A stretch of 64,000 nucleotides of DNA from an uncultured delta proteobacterium (GTDB taxonomy: Bacteria; Myxococcota_A; Polyangia; Polyangiales; Polyangiaceae). The translations under genes and the position numbers were made by a program. The DNA is taken from the NCBI GenBank assembly GCA_963806225.1, contig CAWDXG010000001.1, positions 1,888,001 to 1,952,000 on the forward strand, given 5' to 3'. Shown here one piece after another: positions 8,760 through 19,790 of the stretch. A model generated the notes under the pieces. It made no database searches and was not told the origin of the DNA. It worked only from the letters and a program-made list of their open reading frames with translations. Position 1 is the first letter of the stretch. Every line of letters begins with the position of its first letter.

Positions 8760-10502
8760 TCAGGGGCGGTCGACGCCCTCCGGCTCGCCTTCGCCGAGCT
8801 GACGCTCCGCGTCCTCGTCCGGCGGAGTGGGTCCGAACGCGGCCTCCTCCACGCCCCGCGCCCACTCGGCCACTTCCGGTGCGGAGCGCTGCTGGGCGAC
8901 GTCCACGACGTGCCCGGGCGTTGGCTCGCCGCGCCCGGCCCACGGGGTGCCGCGCCGTCGCGCCCAGCGCACCAGGCGGTCGAGCAGGGCGCGGCGCCGG
9001 GAGACGAGCGCGATCGCGACGTGTCCCGGTGGCACCAGAGGTTCGACAAGGGACGAATGCCAGCGCGCCGACGCTTCCAGTGTCGCACCTTCAACGAGCA
9101 CGCCGTCGAGGTGTTCGAGCGAGAACTGTCCGCGGTCGTCCGCGAGAGTCCGGGCGGTGACGCCGTCCGAGCCGAAGCTGGGCACGCGAATCAGCACGGT
9201 GGCGCCTTCAATGGGGGCGCCGTCATGCGCGTCGCGCACTTCACCCCGCCATCCCGACTTCGGCGGTCCGCGTTCGACCAGATCGAGGGCGGGGCGGCCC
9301 GGCGGCTCGGCAGGGTCGACCCGCGCTCGCGTTTCGCGGCGTGCGGGTCGCTGCCAACCCCGCACGACCCACAGCGCGATCGCCACGACTGCGAGCAGCC
9401 ACGGCAGACGCCGCCATGGGCTCGGCGGTGCGAGCGGCACGGCGACATCGATGGGGGCCCCGGGAAGCCACCAGGGTGCGTCCGGCAGATAGCGCAGGGT
9501 CAGCAGCGCTTTCTTGCCGCGCGGCGGGTCGAAGAGCGCCACCACGTGTGCCGCACCCTGTCCCACCGGTGCGCTGCCGACCGACTCGTTGCCGAGCCGC
9601 GCCTCGATCGTGCCGCCCTGCACGGGCCCCGCTCGCGACTTCACCTCGACCGGGATCTCGACTCCGCGCCGGGGATCGGAGCGCGCGACCGGTCGCGCCA
9701 GCAACACGGCGACCGACGCCGTCCGCTCGATGACAGTCGTCAAGCGGGCGGGCTGCAGGGTTGGCGACCCGGCGAACACGACGGAGAGGCGGGCGGGGCC
9801 CACTCCCCCGAGCGAGCTGGAGTCGAGCGCGAACAACGCCCGGTCGCCCGCCCGCAGGCTGCTGCTGGCGAGCTCGCGTGCCGGTCCGTGCTGCGGCTGG
9901 AGCTTCAGCGACAGGTGGATGGTCGGCGCACCTTCCTCGTGTCCGACCCCGCTGGCGGGTTCCACGCTGGTCTCGACACCGATCAAGTGGCGCGGCCGCT
10001 CGAGCGACAGGACGTGGGGTTCAGGCGAGAACCGCAGGCCGAGGCTCTGGCGCGTGGAATCGACGTCGAGCTCGGTTTCCGTCGCGACGAAGTAGTCGTT
10101 GCCCGGGAAGCGCAACCGAACGGTGCCGCTGACCGCCTTGCCAGGAAGCAAGACACAGAAGCGTCCCGCGTCGTTCGCGCGCACGTTGATGTACTTCGCG
10201 GGGCCCGGGCCGCGCTGGATGCTGTGGGGAGATGTAGGGCCGCACGCCGCAGGCAGCAGGATGTCCTTCGGCGGCTGTCCACGCCACGGCAGCAGCCACA
10301 GCCGGATCGGGGCGTCGCCGAACGGACGGTTGGATTCGTCCTGCAATTGCCCTCTGATCTGGAGCCCGCCTGCGACCGGCGTGGCACGCACCTGGATCAC
10401 GGCGCCGCCGCGGACGCGGAGCGGCGCCGCTCCGCCGGGCAGGGCCGACAGCCCGACGCAGAGTAGAAATCCGAGAGCGAGTGCCGGCTTGGCGATAGCC
10501 AT
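8760..10502 (-). CDS. Membrane protein with Ig-like beta-rich ectodomain and a carboxypeptidase-regulatory-like domain
   Basis: Signal peptide, beta-rich region, TM (LPWLLAVVAIALWVV), then GEVRDAHDGAPIEGATVLI...ADDRGQFSL. Start uncertain. Confidence 0.65.
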   Translation of the reverse strand: MAIAKPALALGFLLCVGLSALPGGAAPLRVRGGAVIQVRATPVAGGLQIRGQLQDESNRPFGDAPIRLWLLPWRGQPPKDILLPAACGPTSPHSIQRGPGPAKYINVRANDAGRFCVLLPGKAVSGTVRLRFPGNDYFVATETELDVDSTRQSLGLRFSPEPHVLSLERPRHLIGVETSVEPASGVGHEEGAPTIHLSLKLQPQHGPARELASSSLRAGDRALFALDSSSLGGVGPARLSVVFAGSPTLQPARLTTVIERTASVAVLLARPVARSDPRRGVEIPVEVKSRAGPVQGGTIEARLGNESVGSAPVGQGAAHVVALFDPPRGKKALLTLRYLPDAPWWLPGAPIDVAVPLAPPSPWRRLPWLLAVVAIALWVVRGWQRPARRETRARVDPAEPPGRPALDLVERGPPKSGWRGEVRDAHDGAPIEGATVLIRVPSFGSDGVTARTLADDRGQFSLEHLDGVLVEGATLEASARWHSSLVEPLVPPGHVAIALVSRRRALLDRLVRWARRRGTPWAGRGEPTPGHVVDVAQQRSAPEVAEWARGVEEAAFGPTPPDEDAERQLGEGEPEGVDRP

Positions 10503-10665
10503 TGGGGTAGGACAACCGGGCCTGCCCGGCAACCATCGGCCTGCGCCCACGATGGACTGAAGCAATTGTGCCCTTCGGCCGTCCTACCAGATGGGTCAAA
10601 GGACAAGGTCGACATCAGCAGTGAGCGCAGCGGGCAGCGCATCGGTCATGTTATCCTCACGCGGG

Positions 10666-11475
10666 ATGGTGCGCGTGTTGGCACGGATCTGGGCGCTTCT
10701 GCTGGTGCTCATCGTTGTCGGTTCGGCGCGAGGCGTCCACGCAGCGGATCGCATCGACACGCTGGCCTACCGGCTCGCTCACGACGACGACTTCCGCGTT
10801 CGCACCCAGGCCGCGCTGGCGCTGGGCGCAAGCCGCAGCACGCGCGCGGTGACGCCACTCTGCGGCGGTCTCGACGACTCGAACACGACCGTCCGCGCGG
10901 CGGCGGCTGCGGCGCTCGGCAAGCTGCGCCTGGGCGGCACGGACTGTCTGAACGAGCGCTACAAAGAGGAGAGCAGCGCGTCGGTCAGAAGCGTCATCAA
11001 GAAGGCGCTCGCTCGCATCTTGGCGGGTGCCGAACCGACGATCACGCACTCCACGCACTACTACATAGCGATCGGCAAGACGACCGATCACACGGGGCGC
11101 AAGGGGCACGAAGTCGACGAGATGGTGCACAGCGCGATGGCGCACGCGACCGCCTCTCTCGATGGCTACGCGGTCGCGCCCACGGGAGAGACGAAGACCC
11201 AGGCGCGCCACCGACTGGCGAAGTACCCGCAGCTCAAGGCCTTCTACCTGAGCGCCAAGGTCCTGAAACCGCGCTACTCCGGTGGCAATCTCACGATCAA
11301 GGTCGAGGTCGCCATCTTCACCTACCCGGGGAAGGCTCTGAAGGGCACCATCCCGGTCAACCTCACGCAGCAGGACGTGCCCTCCAAGGACACGGACAGC
11401 GAGGACCAGCTCATCAAGATGGCCGCCTCGCGCGCTGTGGAGAAGTTCGCGAACAACGTCGAGAGGATCCAGTGA
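10666..11475 (+). CDS. Secreted HEAT repeat protein
   Basis: Signal peptide MVRVLARIWALLLVLIVVGSARGVHA. HEAT repeats DDDFRVRTQAALALG and LDDSNTTVRAAAAAALGKL. Start approximate. Confidence 0.8.
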   Translation: MVRVLARIWALLLVLIVVGSARGVHAADRIDTLAYRLAHDDDFRVRTQAALALGASRSTRAVTPLCGGLDDSNTTVRAAAAAALGKLRLGGTDCLNERYKEESSASVRSVIKKALARILAGAEPTITHSTHYYIAIGKTTDHTGRKGHEVDEMVHSAMAHATASLDGYAVAPTGETKTQARHRLAKYPQLKAFYLSAKVLKPRYSGGNLTIKVEVAIFTYPGKALKGTIPVNLTQQDVPSKDTDSEDQLIKMAASRAVEKFANNVERIQ

Positions 11476-11687
11476 CGCCGGGGCGGGGCACCTGGGCGGT
11501 CGACAGCCCGGGCGAAGATGCTCCGCGCTAGGGCGCCAGCGACTCCCGTGGGGGCCCAGACCAGGCCCGGGAAGGGCGCAGTTCTTGCTCTTCCGGCGCT
11601 TGCCCTTCTACGCTGTGGTTCCGGCACGTGTCGGCGTCGAATCGGCGCGGCGGGTTGGATCGGGGAGCATCCCCCAAGGAGAGTGAC

Positions 11688-12467
11688 ATGGGAGAAGCGG
11701 CAGCGGCGCAGGGTCGCAAGCAGCGGCGTCTTCGGAACTATCTGCTCGATCGACGTTTCCAGCTCAAGTACAGCGGCTATCTCGTAGCCATCGCTGCCGT
11801 CCTGGGCATCGGGCTGGGCTTCATCCTGTGGCGTACCAGCCGGGCGCTGATGGACCAGAGCGACAAGGCGGCCAAGCAGGGCGATCTGGTCGTTGCGCGC
11901 GGCCGCGAGCTCGTGAAGGAGAGCCACAAGGTCAGCGAAGTGGTCCAGATGAACATCGTCAAGGACCCGGACTACGCTGACAGCCCCGGTCTGGTCGACG
12001 CGTTCAAGACCGACGCCAAGAAGAAGGACGCGAAGCTCAACCAGAAGCAGGTCGAGCTCGAGCAACAGGCCGCCGCGCTCAAGGCCCAGTCCGAGACGCT
12101 TGCGGCGCGGCAGCGCTACATGCTGCTCGCGGTCGGCCTTGCGCTGCTGCTCCTGGTGCTCGGCGTCGGGCTTGCGGGGATTGTCGTCACCCACAAGGTG
12201 GCCGGGCCGATCTTCAAGATGAAACGGCAGATCCGCGAAGTGGGGGAGGGCAAGCTGAAGATCCCCGGCAAGCTCCGCAAGGGCGACGAGCTCGTCGATT
12301 TCTTCGACGCCTTCGAGTCGATGGTGCGCAGCCTGCGCGCGAACCAGGAGCGCGAGATCGAGATGCTGGAGTCCGCGATAGCAAAGCTGGAGGGTCACGC
12401 CGATGATGCGACGCTCGAACCGCTGCGCGTGCTGGACAAGGAGATGAAGGCCTCGCTCGAGAGCTGA
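11688..12467 (+). CDS. Two-TM HAMP-domain protein with no output domain
   Basis: RBS aaggag. RRLRNYLLDRRFQLKY, TM, coiled coil, TM, THKVAGPIFKMKRQIREVGEG..LRKGDEL HAMP segment and a short tail. Confidence 0.8.
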   Translation: MGEAAAAQGRKQRRLRNYLLDRRFQLKYSGYLVAIAAVLGIGLGFILWRTSRALMDQSDKAAKQGDLVVARGRELVKESHKVSEVVQMNIVKDPDYADSPGLVDAFKTDAKKKDAKLNQKQVELEQQAAALKAQSETLAARQRYMLLAVGLALLLLVLGVGLAGIVVTHKVAGPIFKMKRQIREVGEGKLKIPGKLRKGDELVDFFDAFESMVRSLRANQEREIEMLESAIAKLEGHADDATLEPLRVLDKEMKASLES

Positions 12468-12484
12468 GCGCAGCCGCGGCGGGA

Positions 12485-12848
12485 CTAGAACGCCGCGGCT
12501 GCGTACTCGACGATCGCGCGCCCGTCTTCGAATCGCACGCTCGCCGCGTCGAAGCGCAGGCGTTCGGCGCTCGGGATCGTGGCGATAGCGTCTCTGCCAC
12601 AGGCGCTCGCCGGCGCGGCGGACGCGCTGCTGCTTCTTGCCGTCGATGCTGCCGAAGCCGCTGGTCCAGGCTCCGCTGCCGCGCGTCCGCACCTCGACCA
12701 CGACGATCAAGCCACCCTGCCGCGCCACCACGTCGAGCTCCAGCCGCCCCACGCGCAGGTTCATGGCGACGATGTCGTATCCGCGCTCCTCGAGATAGCG
12801 CGCGACCGCTCGCTCGGCGCTCGCGCCGGCTTCACTGCGACCGTCCAC
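12485..12848 (-). CDS. yraN: YraN family protein (one frameshift near 12575)
   Basis: GASAERAVARYLEERGYDIVAMNLR..ELDVVAR..VVVEVRTR. Removing one C restores LRFDAASV..IVEYAAAAF-stop. Confidence 0.85.
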
Positions 12849-12919
12849 GCGACAAGTGTAGTCAAGCGCGCGGCCGCGAGCGACGCGGACCAACCCGCGT
12901 CAGGCCTGTCGAGGCAGCG

Positions 12920-13576
12920 CTACGGGTTCTTCCCGTCGTTGCCGCAGTATTGGGAGTCGTCCTTGGGCGCGCCGTACTGGCAGGTGGGACCCGTTGTGCC
13001 CACCTCGGTGTACTTGGTGCCGTTGCGCACGCAGTACGAGCCGGCGAGCTGGGTGCTGCCAAGGCCGGAACCGAGATCCTGCACGAGCTTCGTGCACTCG
13101 TAGCCGCTCGGGCACTGGCAGTAACGCGCGTTCGGGTCCGGGCCGTCACAGCGGCAGGAGCAGTAGACCGTGTCATCTGCGCGGCGGCCGCCCTGCGAGG
13201 TCGAACCGGCGAGCTGCGCCGCAACCGGCACCTTGATGGCATCGTTCTTGTCGGAACCGTCCGTACCAGGGATGCGGCAGCGATGCGGATCCTTGGCGTT
13301 CCCGTACTTCGTGATGTCGTCGCTCGTCTGCCCGTAGGGGCAGGTGACGCGGCCCTGGAAGTGGTTCACCAGGCAGACGCGCGTCGTGCACTGGAAGGAG
13401 CGGCTCTCGATGTTGACTTCCTTGACCGAGTAGCCGCCGAATTCAGTCTGGTACTCGTCCTCGGGGACGCAGGGGTCGCCCACGCCGCCGCTCTGGCAGC
13501 CCAACATGAAGAGCCCGAGGGCCGCCGTTGCCACGAACCAGTACTTCGGATTCCCTATCATTCGCGTGCTCGTCAT
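12920..13576 (-). CDS. Cys-rich lipoprotein, CglC/GltK-like gliding lipoprotein
   Basis: Lipobox MLGC followed by GVGDPC. 14 further Cys including YCSCRC. Divergent from the gltC-like gene. Confidence 0.6.
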   Translation of the reverse strand: MTSTRMIGNPKYWFVATAALGLFMLGCQSGGVGDPCVPEDEYQTEFGGYSVKEVNIESRSFQCTTRVCLVNHFQGRVTCPYGQTSDDITKYGNAKDPHRCRIPGTDGSDKNDAIKVPVAAQLAGSTSQGGRRADDTVYCSCRCDGPDPNARYCQCPSGYECTKLVQDLGSGLGSTQLAGSYCVRNGTKYTEVGTTGPTCQYGAPKDDSQYCGNDGKNP

Positions 13577-13701
13577 GTCGTTCGTCCCCGCACCCGCTCT
13601 GCTGTGATTGTTCCCAGTAGTGTCAGCGAGGACCTGGAACGGCTCAACCCGATAGCCGGTACCCTGTGCGGCCGGTACCGTCCGGCGCGCGACCTGGCGT
13701 C

Positions 13702-13731
13702 ACGCTAGTCGAGCGGGAACGACCCCGTCAA
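13702..13731 (-). promoter_or_regulatory. Sigma70-type promoter for the CglC-like gene
   Basis: Minus strand TTGACG-N18-TAGCGT. Confidence 0.5.
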
Positions 13732-13941
13732 CTGCGAAAAAGCGCCAAGGGTTGTCGGTGTCTCGCGTGTCGTAGCCAGCGTCGGCTCGCACATGATCAC
13801 CCGCGCCCACCGTGTCGGGTCGGGTGCAGTGCGTCACTTGCACGGAGGCACAGGAATGCGCTCTTGGTCGAATATTGAAGCAGAGCAAGAAGTCGGGCCG
13901 CACCGTCCGCGCCCTGGACAGTCACCGTCTTCCGGTGCCGC

Positions 13942-13971
13942 TTGACAACGCAACAACGGGGTATCTAACAT
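13942..13971 (+). promoter_or_regulatory. Sigma70-type promoter for gltC-D-E
   Basis: TTGACA-N18-TAACAT in the divergent intergenic region. Confidence 0.6.
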
Positions 13972-14098
13972 CGGCGCGGCCGAGGGTGGTATCTACCGGT
14001 TCTTATTGATTTTTTCGATACCGTCCGGGCTTTGCAGATTACCAGCAGCGGCGCAGATGCCGCCAATACTCGCGCCGAACTCTGGAAAGAGAGGATCC

Positions 14099-15902
14099 AT
14101 GTTGCGAAAGCGCCTCGTCGCAGTCTCCTTGCTCGCAGCGTCTGCATGCTCGATCGGACTGCTCGTTTCTTCGCCTGCACACGCGCAGGAAGTGATCGAT
14201 CTCGATGCCGACCAGCCGCAGAAGCCAAGCCTGCCAAGCATCACAAGAACGGCAAGAAGGCGACCAAGGCCAGCAAGAAGGCCACCAAGGCCACCAACGC
14301 TGGCGGAGGCAACGCGGTCGACATCGATCTCGACGAAGGCGGCTCCCGCAGAGCAGGGCCCGGTCGTCGCCGGGCAGATGACCGAGGAGGCGGCGGCAGC
14401 GAAGAAGCTCTTCGACCGCGAACGCTGGAGCGAAGCGGCGCTCGCGCTCTACCGCGTCGTCAACGGCGAGACCGGCGACGACCCGGGCAACAAGCAGCTT
14501 GCGCAGTACTACCTGGCGATCTGCCTGTACCGCCTGAAGTTCTACCAGTCGAGCTACGCGATCTTCAGCGTGATCGCCGACAACAACGAACCACCTCAAG
14601 TTCAAGGAGACGCTGCTCTGGCTCGCCAAGCTCGCGACGCAGCTGCCCGAGCCGGCGGACATCATCGAGCGCGTCGGCAAGTACAGCGACGAGCAGATCG
14701 CGCGCTTCAACAATCCGCAGCAGCGCGACCTGTACTGGCAGCTCAACTACATGCTGGGTCGGTACAAGTACCGGAATCGCCAGTACGCCGATGCAATCCG
14801 CGTCTTCCGCAAGGTGGACAAGGAGAGCGAGTACTACGTCAAGTCGCAGTTCTTCACGGGCATCAGCTACGTGCAGCTGCGCAAGTCGGTTCCCGCGGTG
14901 GAGTCCTTCCAGCGCATCGAGAAGGCGATCGACGAGGGCGCGAAGGTCGAGGACGAGGCGCGTCTGCGCGACCTGGCCGCTACCTTTCGATGGCGCGCAC
15001 CTACTACTCGGCGTCGATCCGGCTCGATCCGGAGACGAACGCGCCGAGCGTGGACGCGAAGAAGCTGAGCGCCGCGGTCAAGTACTGGAACCACGTCAAC
15101 GTCAGCCAGCGAGTACTGGCTGGACGCCCTGTTCGAGGAGTCGTGGGCCTACTTCATGGCGGGCGACTATCCGCGTGCGCTCGGCAACATCCACACCATC
15201 GAGTCGCCGTACTTCCCGCACGCCTTCTATCCGGAGGCGCAGATCCTCAAGGCGGTCGTCTACTTCTCGAACTGCAACTACGACGCTGCGACCGTCGTGG
15301 TGGCGCGCTTCGACCAGAAGTACCAGCCCATCCGCGACGAGCTCGCGAAGGTGCTCAAGCGCTTCAAGGGCCCGAACCAGGAAGAGCCGTTCTTCAAGTT
15401 CCTGCTCGCCGTGCGCGATGGCACGGCCGACCTGGATCCGCAGGTCAAGAACATCGTCGAGGACGCGCTCAGCGACCGCCAGCTTCTGCGTAACATCAAG
15501 TACGTGAAGATGCTCGACAAGGAGACGGAGCACTTCAAGAACTCGCCGCCGAGCTTCCGCAACTCGTCGCTCGGTCAGCAGGTCGCCGACGCTCTGAAGC
15601 TCTCCCGCGATCTCGCTGTGCGCAAGGCGGGTGAGCTCGCCCAGCAGCGCTACCAGCGCAACGTCGACGAGCTCGACGAGCACCTGCGCGACGGAGAGAA
15701 GATCCTCATCGACATCACCGCCGCGCAGCGAAACCTGCTCGACGAGAAGATCACCAAGGGACAGGTCAGCAAGGCCGAATCGAAGATCTACGGCGTGGTC
15801 AAGCCGGACGCGGAGCACATCAGGTGGCCGTTCAACGGCGAATACTGGCGTGACGAGCTCGGCTTCTATCGCCAGGTCGTCCAGTCCGCGTGTGGGAGGT
15901 AA
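14099..15902 (+). CDS. gltC: GltC-like periplasmic TPR gliding motility protein (about 5 frameshifts)
   Basis: Signal peptide, Lys-rich linker and TPRs stitched from ORFs 14006, 14032, 14751 and 15156. C-terminal WPFNGEYWRDELGFY..C motif typical of GltC. Confidence 0.75.
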
Positions 15903-15910
15903 GTGAGAAA

Positions 15911-18900
15911 ATGAACGCTACCAGAGCGTACCCCGTCGTCGCCGCACTCCTGGGCATCCTCATGGGTGCTTCGTCAGGCGCTCGCGGCCACGGTCGCAAA
16001 CCGACGGACCTGAGCAAGGAATGCATCAGTCCGGCGGCGGTGAAGAACATCAGCGAGTGCCCGGGTGGACCGAGCAAGTTCCACATCCACCAGAAGCGCG
16101 GCGCCGCGTTCAAGTCGAAGCCTCCGCCGCGCGACGTCAAGAAGAAGCAGGACTCGCTCAAGCCGAAGAACCCCAGCCAGTCCATGGCGGCGGGCATCCG
16201 CGATCTCCGCAAGTCGGCACTGAAGCAGCGCCAGCGCGCACTGCTCATCACCGAGATCCAGGGCCTCGAGCGCCTGTTCCGGCGGACGCCGCGGCACTCG
16301 CCCGATCGCCCGCAGCTTACCCGGCGGCTCGCCGAGACCTACGTGGAGCTGGAGAACGCCGCCGTCCACGACAAGACGGCATGGCGAGATCGCGGCGCAG
16401 GACTATCGCCGGAAGCGCCAGACGGCGAAGTCACGCAAGGCGCGCATCGAAGAGGCGCGCGCGAAGAAGATCATCCACGCCGCCCGGCGCAAAGCGATTG
16501 CCTACTACACGGTGATGGCGCAAGGAGTATCCCGAACTACTCCAAGATCGACGAGGTCCTGTACTACCTGGCCTACGAGTACGAGCAGGCCGGCGATCTG
16601 AAGAACGCGCGCAAGGTCTACTACGACCTGATCCAGAAGGCGCCCAAGTCGCCGTATATCCCGAACGCCTACCTTGCGTTCGGCGAGCTGTTCTTCAACG
16701 AGGCGCAGGCCGACCCGTCCAAGTGGGACCTGGCCGCCGCGGCGTACCAGAAGGTCATCGGCTACCCGCCGCCCAAGAACAAGGTCTTCGGCTACGCGCA
16801 CTACAAGCTCGGGTACGTGTACTGGAACAAGGGCGACTACGTCCACGCCATCGACCAGTTCGCGAAGGTCATCAAGTACGGCAACCAGCTACTCGAACCT
16901 GCCCAACGCGAAGCAGCTCGCGAAGGCGGCGCGCCGCGACATGATCCCCGTGTACGCGGTCAGCGGGCGTCCGGACCGTGCCTACAACTTCTTCAAGCCG
17001 CTGTCCGGCGACAAGGGAGGCGAGGACACCCAGACGATCAAGATGATGAACGAACTTGGTCTGGCCTACCTCGATACCGGTCACTACGGCGACGCGATCA
17101 CGCTCTACAAGGACCTGCTCAACAGGGACAAGGGCGAGCAAACCTGCTTCTACCAGGGACAGATCACCGGCGCGGTCGAGGCGGTGAAGTCGAGCGACAA
17201 GAAGGCCATCACGAAGGAGCTGGATCGCCAGCTGGCCGTCCGCAAGAACTTCGACGAGGAGAAGCACTCCGCCAAGGCCAAGCTGAAGTGCGACAACAAG
17301 ACGGCGGACCTGCTCGCCGAGACTGCCATGAGCTGGCATCTCGAGGCGGTGGGCTCCGGCGGTGTCCGCGGTACCGGCGACAAGAAGACGATGGATCTTG
17401 CCGCGTACCTCTACAAGAAGATCAGCGACAACTTCACCAAGGCTGACTTCGCGAAGTTCAAGTTCCCGCGCATCGTCAAGTCGGACTGGCCGACGCTCTA
17501 CAAGATCAAGTACGCGATGGCCGACCTTCTGTACTTCCAGAAGGAGTGGGCGAAGTGCGGCCCTGCGTTCGACGCGGTGGTGGCCGAGGACCCGACGGGT
17601 TCCGACGCGGCCGAGGCCGCGTATGCATCGGTGCTCTGCTACCAGAAGATGTACGACCAGGAGCACAAGGGCCAGTCGGACCGCCAGGGCAAGGGTCTGG
17701 GGCCGAAGGGTGCTGGCAAGAAGGACCGCGAGGCCAAGAAGAGCGACTGGGACAAGCTGAAGCCCAAGCCGTTCACCGACGCCCAGAAGGGCATGATCAC
17801 GGCCTTCAACCGCTACGTCTGCTACATCCAGCCGGCGAAGGGCGACAAGAAGGCGGTCGATCAGTACGTCGAGGTCAAGTACGCCCGCGCGCGCACCTAC
17901 TATGAAGCGCAGCACTGGGAGGAGGCCGCGCTCGGCTTCCGCGACATCGCGCTGAACTATCCGGAGCACGACGCCGCGATCTACGCCGCGCAGCTCTATC
18001 TGGAGTCGATCAACGTGCTCGGCTCCCACTCCGATCCGCCGCGGCCCTCGTGCTTCGACGACATGCAGAAGGACGTTCCGCGTTTCCTCGAGCTGTACTG
18101 CAAGGGCAGCAAGGCCGACGACAACAAGGATCAGTGCGAGACGCTGACGCGGATCCAGTTCGACATCATGCGCCTCAAGGCGCAGAAGCTCGTCGAAGCC
18201 GGTGACGGCCTGCAGAAGAAGGGTAGCTATCGCCAGGCGCTCGACAAGTACAAGGAAGGCGGCGACGCCTACCTCGCGCTCTGGCGCAAGTACTGCAAGG
18301 ATCCGCTTGCCAACGGCGACCATCCCAAGCAGTGCGCGACGGCCGACGAGATCGTCTACAACATGGCGAAGGCCTACCAGGCCGGACGCCTGCTGGCGAA
18401 GTCGATCCAGGCGCGCCTGATCCTCTTGAGTCCGAAGTACGGGCTCGACAAGTCGGATCTCGCCAAGAAGGCAGTCTACGAGATCGGCGCGAACTACCAG
18501 GCGATCGCCGTCTACGACCGTGCTTCCGACTACTACGAGAAGTACGCGAAGATGACGAAGTTCAAGGGCGAGAACGCCGACAAGGCCCTGAGCGACGCTG
18601 TCGTGCTCCGACTCGGTCTCGGTCAGGACGACAACGCCATCGACGACGCGAAGAACTTCAACCGCTACTACGGACGGCGCAAGCCGACCCAGGCGGCGCA
18701 GATCGCCTTCGCAGTCGCAGCGCACTACGGCGAGAAGAAGGACTGGGACGGAGTGCGCAAGCGCCTTTCCGGCGCGATGCGTCTGATCGACGGCAAGGCG
18801 ACGCTCGACATCAGGGCGCAGGCGCACGCGCTACTCGGTCACGCCTACGAGGAGATGAACCGGGGGCGCAACGCCTCCAACGAGTACCGCAAGGTCATCG

Positions 18901-19715
18901 GGCTCTGGAAGGACCCGAACAAGGCCGTCGAGTCGATCAAGGCGGACAAGGATGCCGGCAACCCGACACGCCGCATCGGCCGCGCGTTGGAAGCGGTGGG
19001 CCAGTCGCTGTTCTTCTTCGCCGAGCAGAAGCGCGAGAAGGCAGACAAGATCAAGCTCCCCGTCTACAAGGGCGGTCCCGAGGTCAAGAAGCCCGGGAAG
19101 AACGCTTCTTCTGCCGCTTGGCGGGCCTACATGGACTCGATCAAGAAGGAGAAGGAGGGGATCACCAAGTTCATCAACACGAAGGTGAAGACGTGGATCG
19201 AGAAGAAGCGGCCGGCCATCGTCGATGCTTCGAACGAGTACAAGAAGATCGTCGATCTCCAGCCGGTGCCGCCGCCGCGTTGGGTAATCGCAGCGGGCGA
19301 GCGGGTCGGCCAGATGTGGGGCGACTTCGTGAAGGACTTCCGTGCCGCTCCGATTCCGAGCTTCATCAAGAACGACACGGAGCTCCGGCAACGCGTACTA
19401 CCACTCGCTGGACGCCGCTTCGGAGCCGCAGAAGAAGGAAGCGAAGAGCGCCTTCGAGGTGTGCCTGGGCTACTCGGTGAAGTACCAGTACTTCGACCAC
19501 TTCAGCCGCTGATTGCGAGAAGTGGCTCTCCAATAACTACAAGGCGCGAGTACCACATCATCGACGAGTTCCGCGGTTCGCCCACCCGGGTGAATAGCGC
19601 TCTGAAGGAACGTCCGTATCCCCTCAGGCTCGGCGGTCAACCGATGGTGACCACACCCCCACCCGCAGCGCCTCCTCCGGAGAAGAAGGACGAGGGAGAC
19701 GACAAGAAGAAGTGA
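15911..19715 (+). CDS. gltD: GltD/AgmU-like large TPR gliding motility protein (several frameshifts)
   Basis: Signal peptide and TPRs (PNYSKIDEVLYYLAYEY, PKSPYIPNAYLAFGELFF). About 1,270 codons. Lies directly upstream of gltE-F-G. Confidence 0.75.
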
Positions 19716-19790
19716 GCTGGGCGGCCCGCGGCGTCAGGGGACGCCCGGGCCGGTCATCGCTCCAAGGGATTTCTGGAAGAGGAGCTGAAG

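Noticed and set aside
13577..14098. Small ORFs in the divergent cglC/gltC intergenic region
   Set aside because: They have atypical codon usage and no RBS, and they overlap the two predicted promoters.
19510..19512. TGA in the reconstructed gltD frame as selenocysteine
   Set aside because: Removing the single T restores R-D-C-E-K-W-L. It is an insertion error and no SECIS-like context is evident.
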